This document shows positions 40,816-51,107 of a DNA stretch of 64,000 bases, piece by piece (the first letter of the stretch is position 1; each line of letters begins with the position of its first letter). The DNA comes from Deinococcales bacterium. Lineage in GTDB: Bacteria; Deinococcota; Deinococci; Deinococcales; JAAFIG01. A model generated the notes under the pieces. That model was not told where the DNA came from and did no database searches. It saw only the letters and a program-made list of their open reading frames with translations. The stretch is from assembly GCA_043778225.1 (NCBI GenBank), contig JAYWGM010000048.1:25238-89237 (forward strand), given 5' to 3'. The translations under genes and the position numbers were made by a program.

Positions 40816-41840
40816 GAAATGCTCCTTGTTTTTGGTACAGCTGTACTACTTCGGATAATCAATTCTGGCACGAGTACCATCACGTGCTGAAGCTGTTTTG
40901 GGTGCTGAATTAAGGTAATCAATTGTTCTAAACTGCGTTGGGCTAAAGCACTAAAATTTTGATGCAGTGTGGTCAATGGAGGTTCAAGAAAAGCAGATTC
41001 CGGAATATCATCAAAACCAACTACGGACATATCTTGTGGTAACTCAAAACCATGTTCGTGCAGTGCATGCAATGCCCCAAGTGCCATTTGGTCATTGGCA
41101 ACCAGTACACCAGTAAATGGTTTTTTGGTTTTCAGCAATTCAGACATGGCGTTATAGCCACCTTTCGGAGTCCAATCACTTTGTATTTCTGCGCTTGGTT
41201 GTAAGCCAGCTTGCTGTAAAGCACTCAGCCAACCTTGTTGGCGCAAAAGCGCCGCGTACCAATCGAGCGGTCCGTTAATGAAAGCAATTTTTTGATGTCC
41301 CAAGCCAAGTAAATGCTGTGCGCCTAACCGTCCTCCTGTAAATTGATCCACCGAAGTTACAGCATGACCAGGTTGTGGTTCAGCAGCCGTAATCACCATC
41401 GGTAAATCGCCACAAAGTTGTTTAAGGTCGCTCAAAGCAATCTCAACCAAAGGTGCAAATAGAATCACACCATCTACTCGTTGACGGTGCAGGGTTTGGA
41501 TAGCCTTACTGATTTGCAAAAACGTTAAATCGCTAACATTGACATTGCTTAGGGTATAACCAATTTGGTGCGCGGCTTTCTCGAGACTGGCAAGAGTACG
41601 GGCAGGTCCGTAATGCACTGTGCCGTAACTGACAACACCGATCATACCTGAACGCTGAGTGGCTAAATGACGGGCTGCGTTGCTTGGGTGATAGTTAAGG
41701 GCTTGAATGGCTTTTTGCACCCGCTCGAGGGCTTTAGGCGATACAGAAGGGTGTTGATTGATCACCCTCGAGACCGTTTGGTACGATACCCCCGCTAAGG
41801 CTGCCACGTCATTGATGGTTGTGGATTTGGTTTTTTGCAT
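40812..41840 (-). CDS. LacI-family transcriptional regulator of the arabinose cluster
   Basis: TINDVAALAGVSYQTVSRVIN HTH; NDQMALG, VVGFDD, LTT. Confidence 0.95.
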   Translation of the reverse strand: MQKTKSTTINDVAALAGVSYQTVSRVINQHPSVSPKALERVQKAIQALNYHPSNAARHLATQRSGMIGVVSYGTVHYGPARTLASLEKAAHQIGYTLSNVNVSDLTFLQISKAIQTLHRQRVDGVILFAPLVEIALSDLKQLCGDLPMVITAAEPQPGHAVTSVDQFTGGRLGAQHLLGLGHQKIAFINGPLDWYAALLRQQGWLSALQQAGLQPSAEIQSDWTPKGGYNAMSELLKTKKPFTGVLVANDQMALGALHALHEHGFELPQDMSVVGFDDIPESAFLEPPLTTLHQNFSALAQRSLEQLITLIQHPKQLQHVMVLVPELIIRSSTAVPKTRSIS

Positions 41841-41857
41841 TAAAATCCTTTGCTTAT

Positions 41858-41900
41858 TGTGAACGATCACATCTTACATATTAGTTTATGGGGTTGTCAA
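41858..41900 (-). promoter_or_regulatory. Promoter of lacI-araBDA-GH42 with LacI operator
   Basis: TTGACA-18 nt-TAAGAT overlapping operator TGTGAACGATCACA (41858-41871). Confidence 0.8.
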
Positions 41901-42025
41901 CAAGAATTTAGTAGAGTTATTGATTTTAAGATTGGCTAAAAAATAATCTTTTAGTACATGAAACAAGGCAAATTGCTTATTTTAGTCCAATTGGATAGAG
42001 CTTTGTATTTACTATTAAAGTGGAC

Positions 42026-42070
42026 TTGACGTTTTAGGTGGCATATGCTAATTTGTGAACGTTCACAAAT
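42026..42070 (+). promoter_or_regulatory. Promoter of the sugar ABC operon with a perfect 20-bp LacI operator
   Basis: TTGACG-17 nt-TAATTT; ATTTGTGAACGTTCACAAAT at 42051-42070. Confidence 0.85.
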
Positions 42071-42188
42071 ACTTTATACGCATTTTTCCAACTGGCTATC
42101 CAGAGGAAATAACCTTTCACGAAAGGCGGAAAATCTGCACAAAAGTAGTTGTCGAAAGCATTAAAGCGCACCACCTAAGGAGTCAACT

Positions 42189-43472
42189 ATGAAACCAATC
42201 GTTCGAGTTCTCGCAATGGCAGTTCCTGTTGGTTTAGCTGCCCTTATAGGCGCAGCCAGCCAAGCGCAAAACGCCACTCCCAAAGGCGAAATTACCATCT
42301 GGGCTTGGGGCGACCCAATTAAAGCCTTAAAAACTGTGGATGATAATTTTGCTAAAGCCTTCCCCAATATCACCATTAAATACGTGCAAAAAAGCCCAGC
42401 CGATACTTACCAAGGCTTAAAACTTGCGGTTTCAGCAGGTTCAGGCACACCTGACGTGGTGTTACTCGAGGATTCGTACTTGGCACAGTTTGTCAGCCTT
42501 GGTGGATTAGCCGATGTCACCACCCAAACTAAGCCCTACATGAAGAAAATGAATGCTTATAAATGGAATGCGGCAACCCTCAAAGGACGGGTCTACTCGA
42601 TGCCGTGGGATAGTGGTCCTGTTGCGATGTATTACCGCCGTGATGTTTTCCAAAAAGCTGGTGTGGATGTCAACAGTATTAAAACGTGGGATGACTATCT
42701 CAAAGCTGCACGGGTGATTAAATCTAAAACTGGTGCAAAAATGTTGCCGCTTTCAAAAGCCCGTAACGACTCAAGGTTCTTTGAAACACTGCTTTGGCAA
42801 CAGGGTATTGGTTACACCAACAAAGATGGCACTGTGATTTTAGACAAGGATGCTCGAGCCAAAGTTGCTTTGGATTTACTGGCTAAACTCTTCAAAGAAG
42901 ACCTGACGGCTGATTATGAAAGCTGGTCTGACCCTTGGTACAAAACCATGGCGGAAGGCGAAATTGCGACACTCCCAATGGCATCTTGGATGGGTGGCTT
43001 TTTGAAGGGTTGGATTGCACCTAAAACCGTTGGACAATGGGGTATTTTGCCACTGCCAACCTTCTCGGGCAGCCGCGCTCGCACCAGCAACGATGGCGGT
43101 AGCCATTTGGCTATTGCCGAGCTAAGCAAGAACAAAGAAGCGGCTTGGGCGTACATCGAATATCACCTTGGTCGCACCGAATCGCAAGTTGAAATGTACA
43201 AAGCCACCGATATTTTCCCAAGTTTAGAAAGCACTTATAAAGAACCTATTTTTAACGAAGCCGATGCTTTTTTTGGTGGGCAAAAAGCCCGTCAAGTCTT
43301 TGCTGAAGCCGTTAAAACCGTTCCAAATGCCACAGTTTACACTGCCGATTACCCAGAAATTAATGGTCTGGTGACCTTAGAGCTTCAAAAAATGGCAACT
43401 GGTAAACAAAACGCTGCTGATACACTCAAAAATGCAGCCAACCTGATTCGTGAACGAACCCGTCGTAAGTAA
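42189..43472 (+). CDS. Sugar ABC transporter substrate-binding protein
   Basis: Signal peptide; ITIWAW, PDV, MPWDSGP..YYRRDVF, GGSHLAI. Confidence 0.93.
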   Translation: MKPIVRVLAMAVPVGLAALIGAASQAQNATPKGEITIWAWGDPIKALKTVDDNFAKAFPNITIKYVQKSPADTYQGLKLAVSAGSGTPDVVLLEDSYLAQFVSLGGLADVTTQTKPYMKKMNAYKWNAATLKGRVYSMPWDSGPVAMYYRRDVFQKAGVDVNSIKTWDDYLKAARVIKSKTGAKMLPLSKARNDSRFFETLLWQQGIGYTNKDGTVILDKDARAKVALDLLAKLFKEDLTADYESWSDPWYKTMAEGEIATLPMASWMGGFLKGWIAPKTVGQWGILPLPTFSGSRARTSNDGGSHLAIAELSKNKEAAWAYIEYHLGRTESQVEMYKATDIFPSLESTYKEPIFNEADAFFGGQKARQVFAEAVKTVPNATVYTADYPEINGLVTLELQKMATGKQNAADTLKNAANLIRERTRRK

Positions 43473-43484
43473 AACATTCTTCTT

Positions 43485-43520
43485 AAATCCGTGCTGAAAA
43501 CCATTCAGTACGGATTTTTG
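43485..43520 (+). terminator. Intercistronic stem-loop after the binding-protein gene
   Basis: aaatccgtgctgaa-aacca-ttcagtacggattttt. Confidence 0.7.
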
Positions 43521-43540
43521 CCTCAAAAGCGAGCATACTG

Positions 43541-44494
43541 GTGCAAAATCCTTTCCAAAAGAATCAATCTATTTCCATTGGCGCAGAAGGGACTCGAGTC
43601 ATGGCTGCTCGAGTTTCAGTTTGGCAAAGACTCTGGCGTGAACGTTGGGGATTGGTTTTTGTTGCCCCATTTTTTATTTTATTTGCGGTTTTTGCAATTT
43701 ACCCAATTGGATTTTCGGCGTGGCTCAGTCTGCACGAATGGAATGGCGCACCTGGGCGTGAACTTTTTGTTGGCTTAGAAAATTTTAGGTTCGCTATCCG
43801 CGATAGTTTGTTCTGGGAATCCATGACCAATGTGGTCATTATTTTTATGCTGCACTTACCTTTGATGATGTTTTTAGCTTTGATTCTAGCGGTTATTTTA
43901 AACCAGAATTTTTTGCGATTCCAAGGTCTATGGCGCGCTCTGATTTTCTTACCTCACTTAACCAGCATGGTCGCGGCTGGGTTTACTTTTCGTTTAATCC
44001 TCGAGAAAGAATCTGGTTTTGCCAACGCTGCTTTACAATTTCTGGGTTTTGCCGGTATGCCATGGCTCGAGGATGTCTGGTGGGCGCGAATTTCAGTTGC
44101 GCTGTTATTGCTCTGGGCTTGGACTGGCTATCAAATGGTCATTTTTTTGAGTGCTTTACAAACTATTCCGCCCGAACTGAACGAAGCCGCAATGATGGAC
44201 GGCGCAAATCGAATACAAATTTTCTGGAAAATAACTGTACCGCTTTTGCAACCCGTAATTATTTTTTGCTTTACCGTCTCGTTGATTGGTACATTTGCGC
44301 TGTATACCGAACCGACCATTTTAACCGGTGGAGGTCCGATTCATTCGACTGCCACACCAACCATGGAGATTTTTGGCAATGCTTTCTTGAACTTAAAATA
44401 TGGGTATGCCGCTTCGTTAAGTTACATTTACTTTTTAATCGTGATTGTTGCAACGTTGGTGCAACTCAGGTTCACCAACCGAGGTGAAAAATGA
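43541..44494 (+). CDS. Sugar ABC permease 1 (alternative start 43601)
   Basis: FVGLENF, EAAMMDGA loop, KITVPLL. Confidence 0.93.
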   Translation: MQNPFQKNQSISIGAEGTRVMAARVSVWQRLWRERWGLVFVAPFFILFAVFAIYPIGFSAWLSLHEWNGAPGRELFVGLENFRFAIRDSLFWESMTNVVIIFMLHLPLMMFLALILAVILNQNFLRFQGLWRALIFLPHLTSMVAAGFTFRLILEKESGFANAALQFLGFAGMPWLEDVWWARISVALLLLWAWTGYQMVIFLSALQTIPPELNEAAMMDGANRIQIFWKITVPLLQPVIIFCFTVSLIGTFALYTEPTILTGGGPIHSTATPTMEIFGNAFLNLKYGYAASLSYIYFLIVIVATLVQLRFTNRGEK

Positions 44495-45348
44495 TTCAGA
44501 CCAAAAAAGCACCAACTCGAGCCGTACCAACCGACCATTTGGTGCATGGCTTTGTTTATTTGTGCATTATTGCTATGTGTGCTTTTACAATGTTCCCATT
44601 TATTTGGATGTTCTTATCGAGCCTCAAGCCCCTAAGCGAAATTTTTGGACAAGGTATTTTGCCTGCCAATCCAACACTGGATAATTTTGGGCGTTTATTT
44701 GCCGAAACTCCCGCCCTCCAAGCCCTGATTCGCAGTTTTTTAATCGCCATTACGGCAACCGTTTCTTCGGTGTTTTTTTGTGCTTTAGGAGGCTACGGTT
44801 TTGCTAAATTTAACTTCCCCGGACGCGGTATCATGTTTGCCCTGATGCTCGGCACGATGACCATTCCCTTTGCGGTCACACTCGTTCCATTATTTATGAT
44901 GATGCGAAACGTCTTTCATTGGATAGACACACCGTACCCGTTAATTGTACCGGGTATCGCCAATGCCTTTGGTATTTTCTTTATGCGCCAGTATATGCAA
45001 TCTGTGTCAGACGAAATGCTTGATGCTGCCCGTATAGATGGGGCTTCGGAAATACAAATTTTTTTGCGCTTGGTGCTACCAACCATTACCCCAGCCCTTG
45101 CCAGTCTAGGCATTATTTTCTTTATGGGGTCTTGGAATAATTTCTTATTCCCAACAATTATTTTGCGCGACCCAAACAACGCCACGCTGCCCGTACTAAT
45201 TGCATCCTTGCAAGGCAGCGCGGGGCGAACACCTTATGATTTGATCATGGCAGCTTCGGTGGTTAGTACCATTCCAATGCTGATTGTGTTTTTGTTTTTG
45301 CAGCGCTTTTTTTACGCTGGAATTACAGCTGGTAGCGTTAAAGGCTGA
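44491..45348 (+). CDS. Sugar ABC permease 2
   Basis: [32 protein letters not shown]. Confidence 0.94.
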   Translation: MIQTKKAPTRAVPTDHLVHGFVYLCIIAMCAFTMFPFIWMFLSSLKPLSEIFGQGILPANPTLDNFGRLFAETPALQALIRSFLIAITATVSSVFFCALGGYGFAKFNFPGRGIMFALMLGTMTIPFAVTLVPLFMMMRNVFHWIDTPYPLIVPGIANAFGIFFMRQYMQSVSDEMLDAARIDGASEIQIFLRLVLPTITPALASLGIIFFMGSWNNFLFPTIILRDPNNATLPVLIASLQGSAGRTPYDLIMAASVVSTIPMLIVFLFLQRFFYAGITAGSVKG

Positions 45349-45380
45349 CTCGAGCCAAAAAAATAGGTAGAATTCAAATT

Positions 45381-46028
45381 ATGACCAAGAAAAAAGTGCT
45401 GTTTGTCTGGGGTGGCTGGGAAGGTCATGAGCCAAAGCAATGTGTTGACCTATTTGCCTCAATTCTCGAGCAAGAGGGTTTTGAAGTAACCATTTCTGAT
45501 ACCTTGGACACGTACCTCGAGACTGATTTGATGCAGTCTTTGGCTTTAATTGTTCAGTGCTACACCATGAGTACAATTTCGCCCGAACAAGAAGCTGGCT
45601 TACTTGAAACGATCAAAAACGGCACAGGCTTTGCGGGGTGGCATGGCGGCATGGCGGATGCGTTTCGCAACAGCACCGAATACCAATTTATGGTCGGTGG
45701 ACAATGGGTAGCCCATCCGGGCAACATTATTTCGTATACGGTCAATATCGGCTCGAGCGACCCCATTGTGGCTGGACTGTCCGACTTTACCATCCAGTCC
45801 GAGCAATACTATATGCACACCGACCCAAGTAACCAAGTGCTTGCCACAACCACCTTTAATGCCGATTACAACAACTGGATTGATGGTACGGTCATGCCTG
45901 TGGTTTGGAAAAGGCGCTGGGGAAAAGGTAAGGTTTTTTACTGCTCGCTTGGGCATACTAAAAGCGACTTTGATGTCCCCGAAGCTCGAGAAATCGTGCG
46001 GCGCGGTCTGATTTGGGCAGCCACCTAA
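45381..46028 (+). CDS. ThuA-like domain protein
   Basis: [36 protein letters not shown]. Confidence 0.88.
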   Translation: MTKKKVLFVWGGWEGHEPKQCVDLFASILEQEGFEVTISDTLDTYLETDLMQSLALIVQCYTMSTISPEQEAGLLETIKNGTGFAGWHGGMADAFRNSTEYQFMVGGQWVAHPGNIISYTVNIGSSDPIVAGLSDFTIQSEQYYMHTDPSNQVLATTTFNADYNNWIDGTVMPVVWKRRWGKGKVFYCSLGHTKSDFDVPEAREIVRRGLIWAAT

Positions 46029-46561
46029 GGAGTCACACCGACTGTCCACTCGAGAACCACAGGGCTTGAACCACGCACATCTATACGGGCTTGGACTCGG
46101 TACGAACCTGTGGCGGTGTTTTTTGGGATACTCAAAAACCCATTGATACTGTAGACCCCAAGTTCAACTCGGGTCGTGGTCTGAATCGTATCAAAGCTGG
46201 TGCTGCTGCTCGAGGCGGTCAGCACTTCGATTGAATCTGCCCCAATTGCAAATTGCCAACCTTCTGGCAGCACCGAACCCGATAACTGCGCCAAGTCGGC
46301 TCGAGCCGAGGTACGACTTGAGCCAGACAAGAGCGTGCTGTTTTCATTTCTTCGATAGAGTGCCGCAGGGCTGAGACCAAGATTTGGCGCATTGCCGACA
46401 AAAACATTAAAAGCGGTACTCGAGCCAGCTTTGAGGTTGAGACTGCTGTTAGGGCGTAAACTGAGCGGATTAAGGCTACCACCCGCTTCAAAAGCACTAC
46501 AGGCAGCCAAGCTCGAGAGCAACCAAAAAACCAAGAAAAAACGCTGTTTCACAAAGTCCAT
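46025..46561 (-). CDS. Hypothetical lipoprotein
   Basis: [21 protein letters not shown] lipobox. Confidence 0.7.
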   Translation of the reverse strand: MDFVKQRFFLVFWLLSSLAACSAFEAGGSLNPLSLRPNSSLNLKAGSSTAFNVFVGNAPNLGLSPAALYRRNENSTLLSGSSRTSARADLAQLSGSVLPEGWQFAIGADSIEVLTASSSSTSFDTIQTTTRVELGVYSINGFLSIPKNTATGSYRVQARIDVRGSSPVVLEWTVGVTP

Positions 46562-46649
46562 GCTGCTGATTTTGTATGAGAAAAACATGAATTTGAGCCA
46601 AACTGCCCACTGCGTCAAAGCCTCGAATCTTGGGGTATACTCACGGCGC

Positions 46650-47648
46650 ATGAAACGGGTTTTTAGTGGCATTCAACCAACCGGCGAGATTCATATTGGC
46701 AATTACCTTGGCGCAATCCGCAATTGGGTCAAAATTGGTGAGCAAATCGGCAAAGAAGCCATTTTTTGCATTGTGGATTATCACGCCATCACGATTCCAC
46801 ACGATGCCTCGAGCCTACCGCGCCTGACTTTTGAAGCAGCGCTTGCCAACATGGCAGCCGGTTTAGACCCCAATAAAATCACACTTTTTGCCCAGTCTCA
46901 TGTGCGCGAACACGTCGAGCTTGGCTGGATTTTTACCACCCAAACGCCTTTGGGCGAACTCGAGCGGATGACCCAATTTAAGGATAAATCCGAACAACAC
47001 AGCATTCTGGCTGGGCTTTTGATGTACCCCGTTTTGCAAGCTGCCGATATTTTATTGTACAAAGCCGACACCGTACCAGTTGGCGAAGACCAAATCCAAC
47101 ACATCGAACTGACCCGAGAAATTGCACGGCGGTTTAATTACCGCTTTTCGCCGATTTTCCCAGAACCCAAAGCCAGCATTGACCAAGACGCAGCTCGAGT
47201 CCCCGGCTTAGATGGGGCGGGTAAAATGAGCAAATCCAAAAACAACACGATTGGCGTTCTCGAGCCAAAAGACACGATTTGGCAAAATATCCGCGTTGCA
47301 CCAACCGACCCACAACGGGTGCGGCGCAACGACCCCGGCAATCCCGAGGTCTGTGTGATTTTTGCCTACCATAAACTGTTCTCGAGTTTAGAAGATATTC
47401 AAATGGTGGACACCGAATGCCGACGGGCTGGAATTGGTTGTGTGGATTGCAAAAAACTTTTGATGCAGGGCATTTGGAGTACCCTCGAGCCGATTCAAAC
47501 CAAAGCTGCCTACTTGCGCGACCATCCAAGCGAAGTGACCGATGCGCTGGTGGCTGGGGCAGATTATTGCCGTGGCATTGCCCAAAATACGATGCTCGAG
47601 GTACGAGAAGCCATCGGGCTACTCGGTTTAGACAGCCGCCCGTCATGA
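46650..47648 (+). CDS. trpS: Tryptophanyl-tRNA synthetase
   Basis: FSGIQPTG, HIGN, YPVLQAADIL, VPVGEDQ, KMSKS. Confidence 0.97.
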   Translation: MKRVFSGIQPTGEIHIGNYLGAIRNWVKIGEQIGKEAIFCIVDYHAITIPHDASSLPRLTFEAALANMAAGLDPNKITLFAQSHVREHVELGWIFTTQTPLGELERMTQFKDKSEQHSILAGLLMYPVLQAADILLYKADTVPVGEDQIQHIELTREIARRFNYRFSPIFPEPKASIDQDAARVPGLDGAGKMSKSKNNTIGVLEPKDTIWQNIRVAPTDPQRVRRNDPGNPEVCVIFAYHKLFSSLEDIQMVDTECRRAGIGCVDCKKLLMQGIWSTLEPIQTKAAYLRDHPSEVTDALVAGADYCRGIAQNTMLEVREAIGLLGLDSRPS

Positions 47649-48370
47649 CCGCTTTTGAACCGACTTTTGTGGCTCGCTTTGTCGGCTTTGAAGGTTCGCT
47701 GCCCGAATTGGCGGCGGCTTTGCGCTCCGAGCGCATTTTGCCAAGCGCTGTGCCGTTGCTCGAGTTGACCCGTGCGGTGCTGGCTCGCTATGTCGAGGTC
47801 AAAGCCATTCTGCCGCCAGACGAGGCGCTCGAGTTGGCATCCGAAGCCCTGCCGCACCTGTCGGGCGTAATCGAACTCAAAGCACGGTTGTTGCTGCCTA
47901 AGCCGCCTAAACTCGAGGACGATTCCGACGACCCAGACTCAACCTTAGAGGATGTGTTGGAGGGGGTTCAAGCCCTTGCCCAACTCGAGGGCGCAATCTC
48001 TTTTTTGAAGCTGCAACGAGCCTCGCAATCTTTAGTGATGCTGCCAAGCGTGCCGACGATTCGTTTGCCACGCAAAGCCAAACCAGTCTCGAGTGGACTT
48101 GGGGCGTTGCTCGAGGCAGCACGGCGGCGGGTGCGGCAAATCGAATTTTTAGATTTGGCTTTTGAACGCCTGACGATGCCTTTGGCATTGGCACGAATTC
48201 GCACTTTTGGGCGTGGTTTACAAGGCTTTTTTTTTAAGGATGTTCCATGCCAAGATTGGGGCGAACGCACGGTTTTGTTTTCGGCACTGCTCGAGGGTGT
48301 GCGTGATGGCACGTTTAGCGCCGAACAAGAAATGGCATACAGCAACATTGATGTGCGGCTGAATTCCTAA
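47645..48370 (+). CDS. scpA: Segregation/condensation protein A (kleisin)
   Basis: FEGSL, ELKARLLLP, FSALLE..Q..YSNI; ATGA overlap with trpS. Confidence 0.82.
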   Translation: MTAFEPTFVARFVGFEGSLPELAAALRSERILPSAVPLLELTRAVLARYVEVKAILPPDEALELASEALPHLSGVIELKARLLLPKPPKLEDDSDDPDSTLEDVLEGVQALAQLEGAISFLKLQRASQSLVMLPSVPTIRLPRKAKPVSSGLGALLEAARRRVRQIEFLDLAFERLTMPLALARIRTFGRGLQGFFFKDVPCQDWGERTVLFSALLEGVRDGTFSAEQEMAYSNIDVRLNS

Positions 48371-48440
48371 AGTCTTGGCGGATTTGCACTCCCCAAGGTC
48401 AAGGTCGGTGCTAGAATGAAAAACGTTTCATGGTGATCTC

Positions 48441-50846
48441 TTGATTGATTCTTTTTACCCAGTTTTGGAGGCACTTGGTGAGGCAGCTTTGCTGACCGAT
48501 GCCGAGTTAAATTTGGTGGCACTCAATATCGCGGCTCAAAACCTCTATGAGGTCAGCAGCAAAAGTGTTTTAGGGCGCAAACTGGTGGATTTAATCGGCA
48601 CAAGCGTCAGTGATGCACAAAACGAGGGCTGGGCTTCGGTTTTGCGTGGCGATGTTTGGCGCGGTGTGGTCTGGCATCAAAGACCCAACCGCAGCCGTTT
48701 TCGGGCTGAGGTCAGTGTTCGGGCTTTTTTTGACAATACCAATGCACTGGCTGGCATGATTGCGATTGTCAAGGACGTGACCCAAGGCGAAGCCGAATTG
48801 ATACGCCAAAATATTTTAAGTCGTTCTTTAAGAGCCATCGGTGATTCGAGCGACAACCTCTATCAAGTCATGCTTGAGGCACTCACCACCACCCATGGCG
48901 CAGATGGGGCAGTTTTTCGGGTGCGTGAAAACAATGGCTACCGAATTTTGGCTGTGGCTGGGGTTCAAGAGGCTTTACTCGAGCCAATTCGGATTGGCGA
49001 TTTTGAAGCCGAAGAACCCGCTTTTTTGCGTGGTGAAACGGTCAAAATTATTTTTTCGGACAGTGGTACAGCCAGCAAATACAAATTGATTCAAAGCCTT
49101 GGTTTTAGCCAAGCCCATTTGGTGGGGCAGCGTGTGGCAGGTGAGTTAATCGGCAGTATTGCTTTGATTTATCGCCAAGCACCGTGGGTGGATTTGCGCC
49201 CAATTTTACCCGAAGTTGCTGCCGCCCTTGGCTCGAGGCTCGAGCGTCAGCGAACCCATGCACGGTTAGAGCGTGAACGAATTGCTTTGGGGGTTTTAGC
49301 CCAAGTTTCGAGTGCCATGCGTCAAGTTCAAAGCCGTACCGAATTGTACCAACTGGCGACCAGTTTTGTGCTTCGTGCCACTCGCGCCTCAAGTGCCTCG
49401 GTGCTGCTCTGTAACCCAGAACGTACCCAAATGCGCCCTGTGGCGTGCAGTGGAGTCTTGGCAGTCGAAACGCTAGACGTGGTTCTGACTCGAGAACGTG
49501 GTTTATCGTGGTCAGTTTTAGATTCTGGCGAGCCTCGAGTCGAAGCAATTGCGGCTGCCTTGCCCGAAAGCTACACCATGCGACCCTTAAAACAAGGGGC
49601 ATACATTGGTGTGCCAATTCGCCAAGAGGCACAAGTGCTTGGTGTTTTAACCGCCGATACCCAAGACGATGGCGAACATTTTTTGCCAGTAGATTTGGAT
49701 ATTCTGACCGCCATTTCCGAGGCGCTCTCCTCGGCTTTGATTCGTTTAGAAGCCCTCGAGACCGCCCAGCAACGGGCAAGCGCTTTTGCCAAACTGGCGC
49801 AACTCTCGAGCGACCTTGAACAACTCGAGGATGGAAAGGCAATTGCGATTCTGGGCTTGGAAACACTGCTTGATTTAACGGGTCTCGACACCGCCAGCTA
49901 CATGACCGTGAATGGTGATTCGCTCGAGTTTATGGCGGTGGTTGGCACAATAAACGAAACCTATAAAACCTTGCGCCGCAACACACCGATGTCGCCAGAA
50001 GATCCTTTTGGTCAAATCGCGGCTCGAGGCGAAGTGGTTTTAATTGATGATTATTTGGCATCTGACTTCAAATCCCGAGGACAGTTGGGGGAATTTGGTT
50101 TTCGTAGCTGTATCATTGCGCCAGTCTTGATTGATGGCAAAGTTCGGGCTTTTATCAGTGCTGCCAGTTTGCTCGAGGTGCGCCCTTTTCCAGCCAACAC
50201 CCGCGAAATCGTTGAGTTTATTGCGGGGCGCTTAACCCGAGCCCTCGAGCGTGCCGATGCTGTCCAAGAAATCTTAAACACCCGAGCGCAAACTTTTAGA
50301 ACCCTTGGCTTGGCGCTCGAGATGCGCGACTTTGAAACCAAAGGACATACCGACCGTGTTTTAGAATTTTCTTTACGACTTGGTAAAGCAGTACAACTCT
50401 CCGAAAGTCAATTGCAAGCCCTCGAGTGGGGCGCTTTGCTACATGACATCGGCAAGGTGGCTGTGCCAGACCATGTGCTGCTTAAACCAAGCCAACTCAG
50501 TCCAGACGAATGGCTTTGGATCCGTCAGCACCCCACCATTGGTTATCAGATGCTGCAAGGCTTGGCGTTTTTACCACCCGAAACGCTCGAGATTGTCTTG
50601 TATCACCAAGAGCGCACCGATGGCTCTGGCTACCCAGAAAGCCTCAGGCTCGAGCAAATTCCTTATTTGGCACGTTTATTTGCGGTTGTGGATGTCTTTG
50701 ATGCCCTGACTTCCGAGCGCCCTTATAAACAGGCGTGGAGTCTTGAAGCCTCGATAGCCGAGCTAGAGCGCCAAGCCGGTCAAACCCTCGATGCCAGTTT
50801 GGTCAGCGCCTTTTTACAAATTTTGGAAATACCAATTATCGCATAA
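48441..50846 (+). CDS. PAS-GAF-GAF-GAF-HD-GYP signalling phosphodiesterase
   Basis: PAS (WRG..KDVT), GAF repeats, ETKGHTDRV, LHDIGK, DGSGYP, DALTSERPYK. Confidence 0.92.
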   Translation: MIDSFYPVLEALGEAALLTDAELNLVALNIAAQNLYEVSSKSVLGRKLVDLIGTSVSDAQNEGWASVLRGDVWRGVVWHQRPNRSRFRAEVSVRAFFDNTNALAGMIAIVKDVTQGEAELIRQNILSRSLRAIGDSSDNLYQVMLEALTTTHGADGAVFRVRENNGYRILAVAGVQEALLEPIRIGDFEAEEPAFLRGETVKIIFSDSGTASKYKLIQSLGFSQAHLVGQRVAGELIGSIALIYRQAPWVDLRPILPEVAAALGSRLERQRTHARLERERIALGVLAQVSSAMRQVQSRTELYQLATSFVLRATRASSASVLLCNPERTQMRPVACSGVLAVETLDVVLTRERGLSWSVLDSGEPRVEAIAAALPESYTMRPLKQGAYIGVPIRQEAQVLGVLTADTQDDGEHFLPVDLDILTAISEALSSALIRLEALETAQQRASAFAKLAQLSSDLEQLEDGKAIAILGLETLLDLTGLDTASYMTVNGDSLEFMAVVGTINETYKTLRRNTPMSPEDPFGQIAARGEVVLIDDYLASDFKSRGQLGEFGFRSCIIAPVLIDGKVRAFISAASLLEVRPFPANTREIVEFIAGRLTRALERADAVQEILNTRAQTFRTLGLALEMRDFETKGHTDRVLEFSLRLGKAVQLSESQLQALEWGALLHDIGKVAVPDHVLLKPSQLSPDEWLWIRQHPTIGYQMLQGLAFLPPETLEIVLYHQERTDGSGYPESLRLEQIPYLARLFAVVDVFDALTSERPYKQAWSLEASIAELERQAGQTLDASLVSAFLQILEIPIIA

Positions 50847-50893
50847 GTATCTCCCGCCTCCATTTTAGATTTTTCACAAAACGTCAAATCTGT

Positions 50894-50929
50894 TCTTGCT
50901 CATAAGATAGCACCTCACGGGCTACTCGC
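50894..50929 (-). repeat. Degenerate micro-element copy
   Basis: Reverse complement GCGAGTAGCCCGTGAGGTGCTATCTTATGAGCAAGA. Confidence 0.55.
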
Positions 50930-50967
50930 GCTCACTTCGGCGTGAGATACATCGCCCTTACTCCTGT

Positions 50968-51005
50968 TCTTGACCCCAAAGCGCCACCTGACGGGGCTGG
51001 GTCGC
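50968..51005 (-). mobile_element. Micro-element copy (38 bp)
   Basis: Reverse complement GCGACCCAGCCCCGTCAGGTGGCGCTTTGGGGTCAAGA. Confidence 0.8.
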
Positions 51006-51107
51006 TTAGTCGGAAATGTTTTAGCAAAGAACTCTAAAACATTTCAGGGAGGTACTTAGTGGCAGTCACATAGAACCTTGGTGTGGCATTCGCTTAGAAT
51101 ATAGCGC

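Larger units (their letters stand above)
50844..51058. mobile_element. MITE-like element, family A (215 bp), carrying two micro-element copies
   Basis: Imperfect TIR TAAGTATCTCCC / GGGAGGTACTTA; its left end recurs at 63904-64000; no ORF. Confidence 0.72.
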
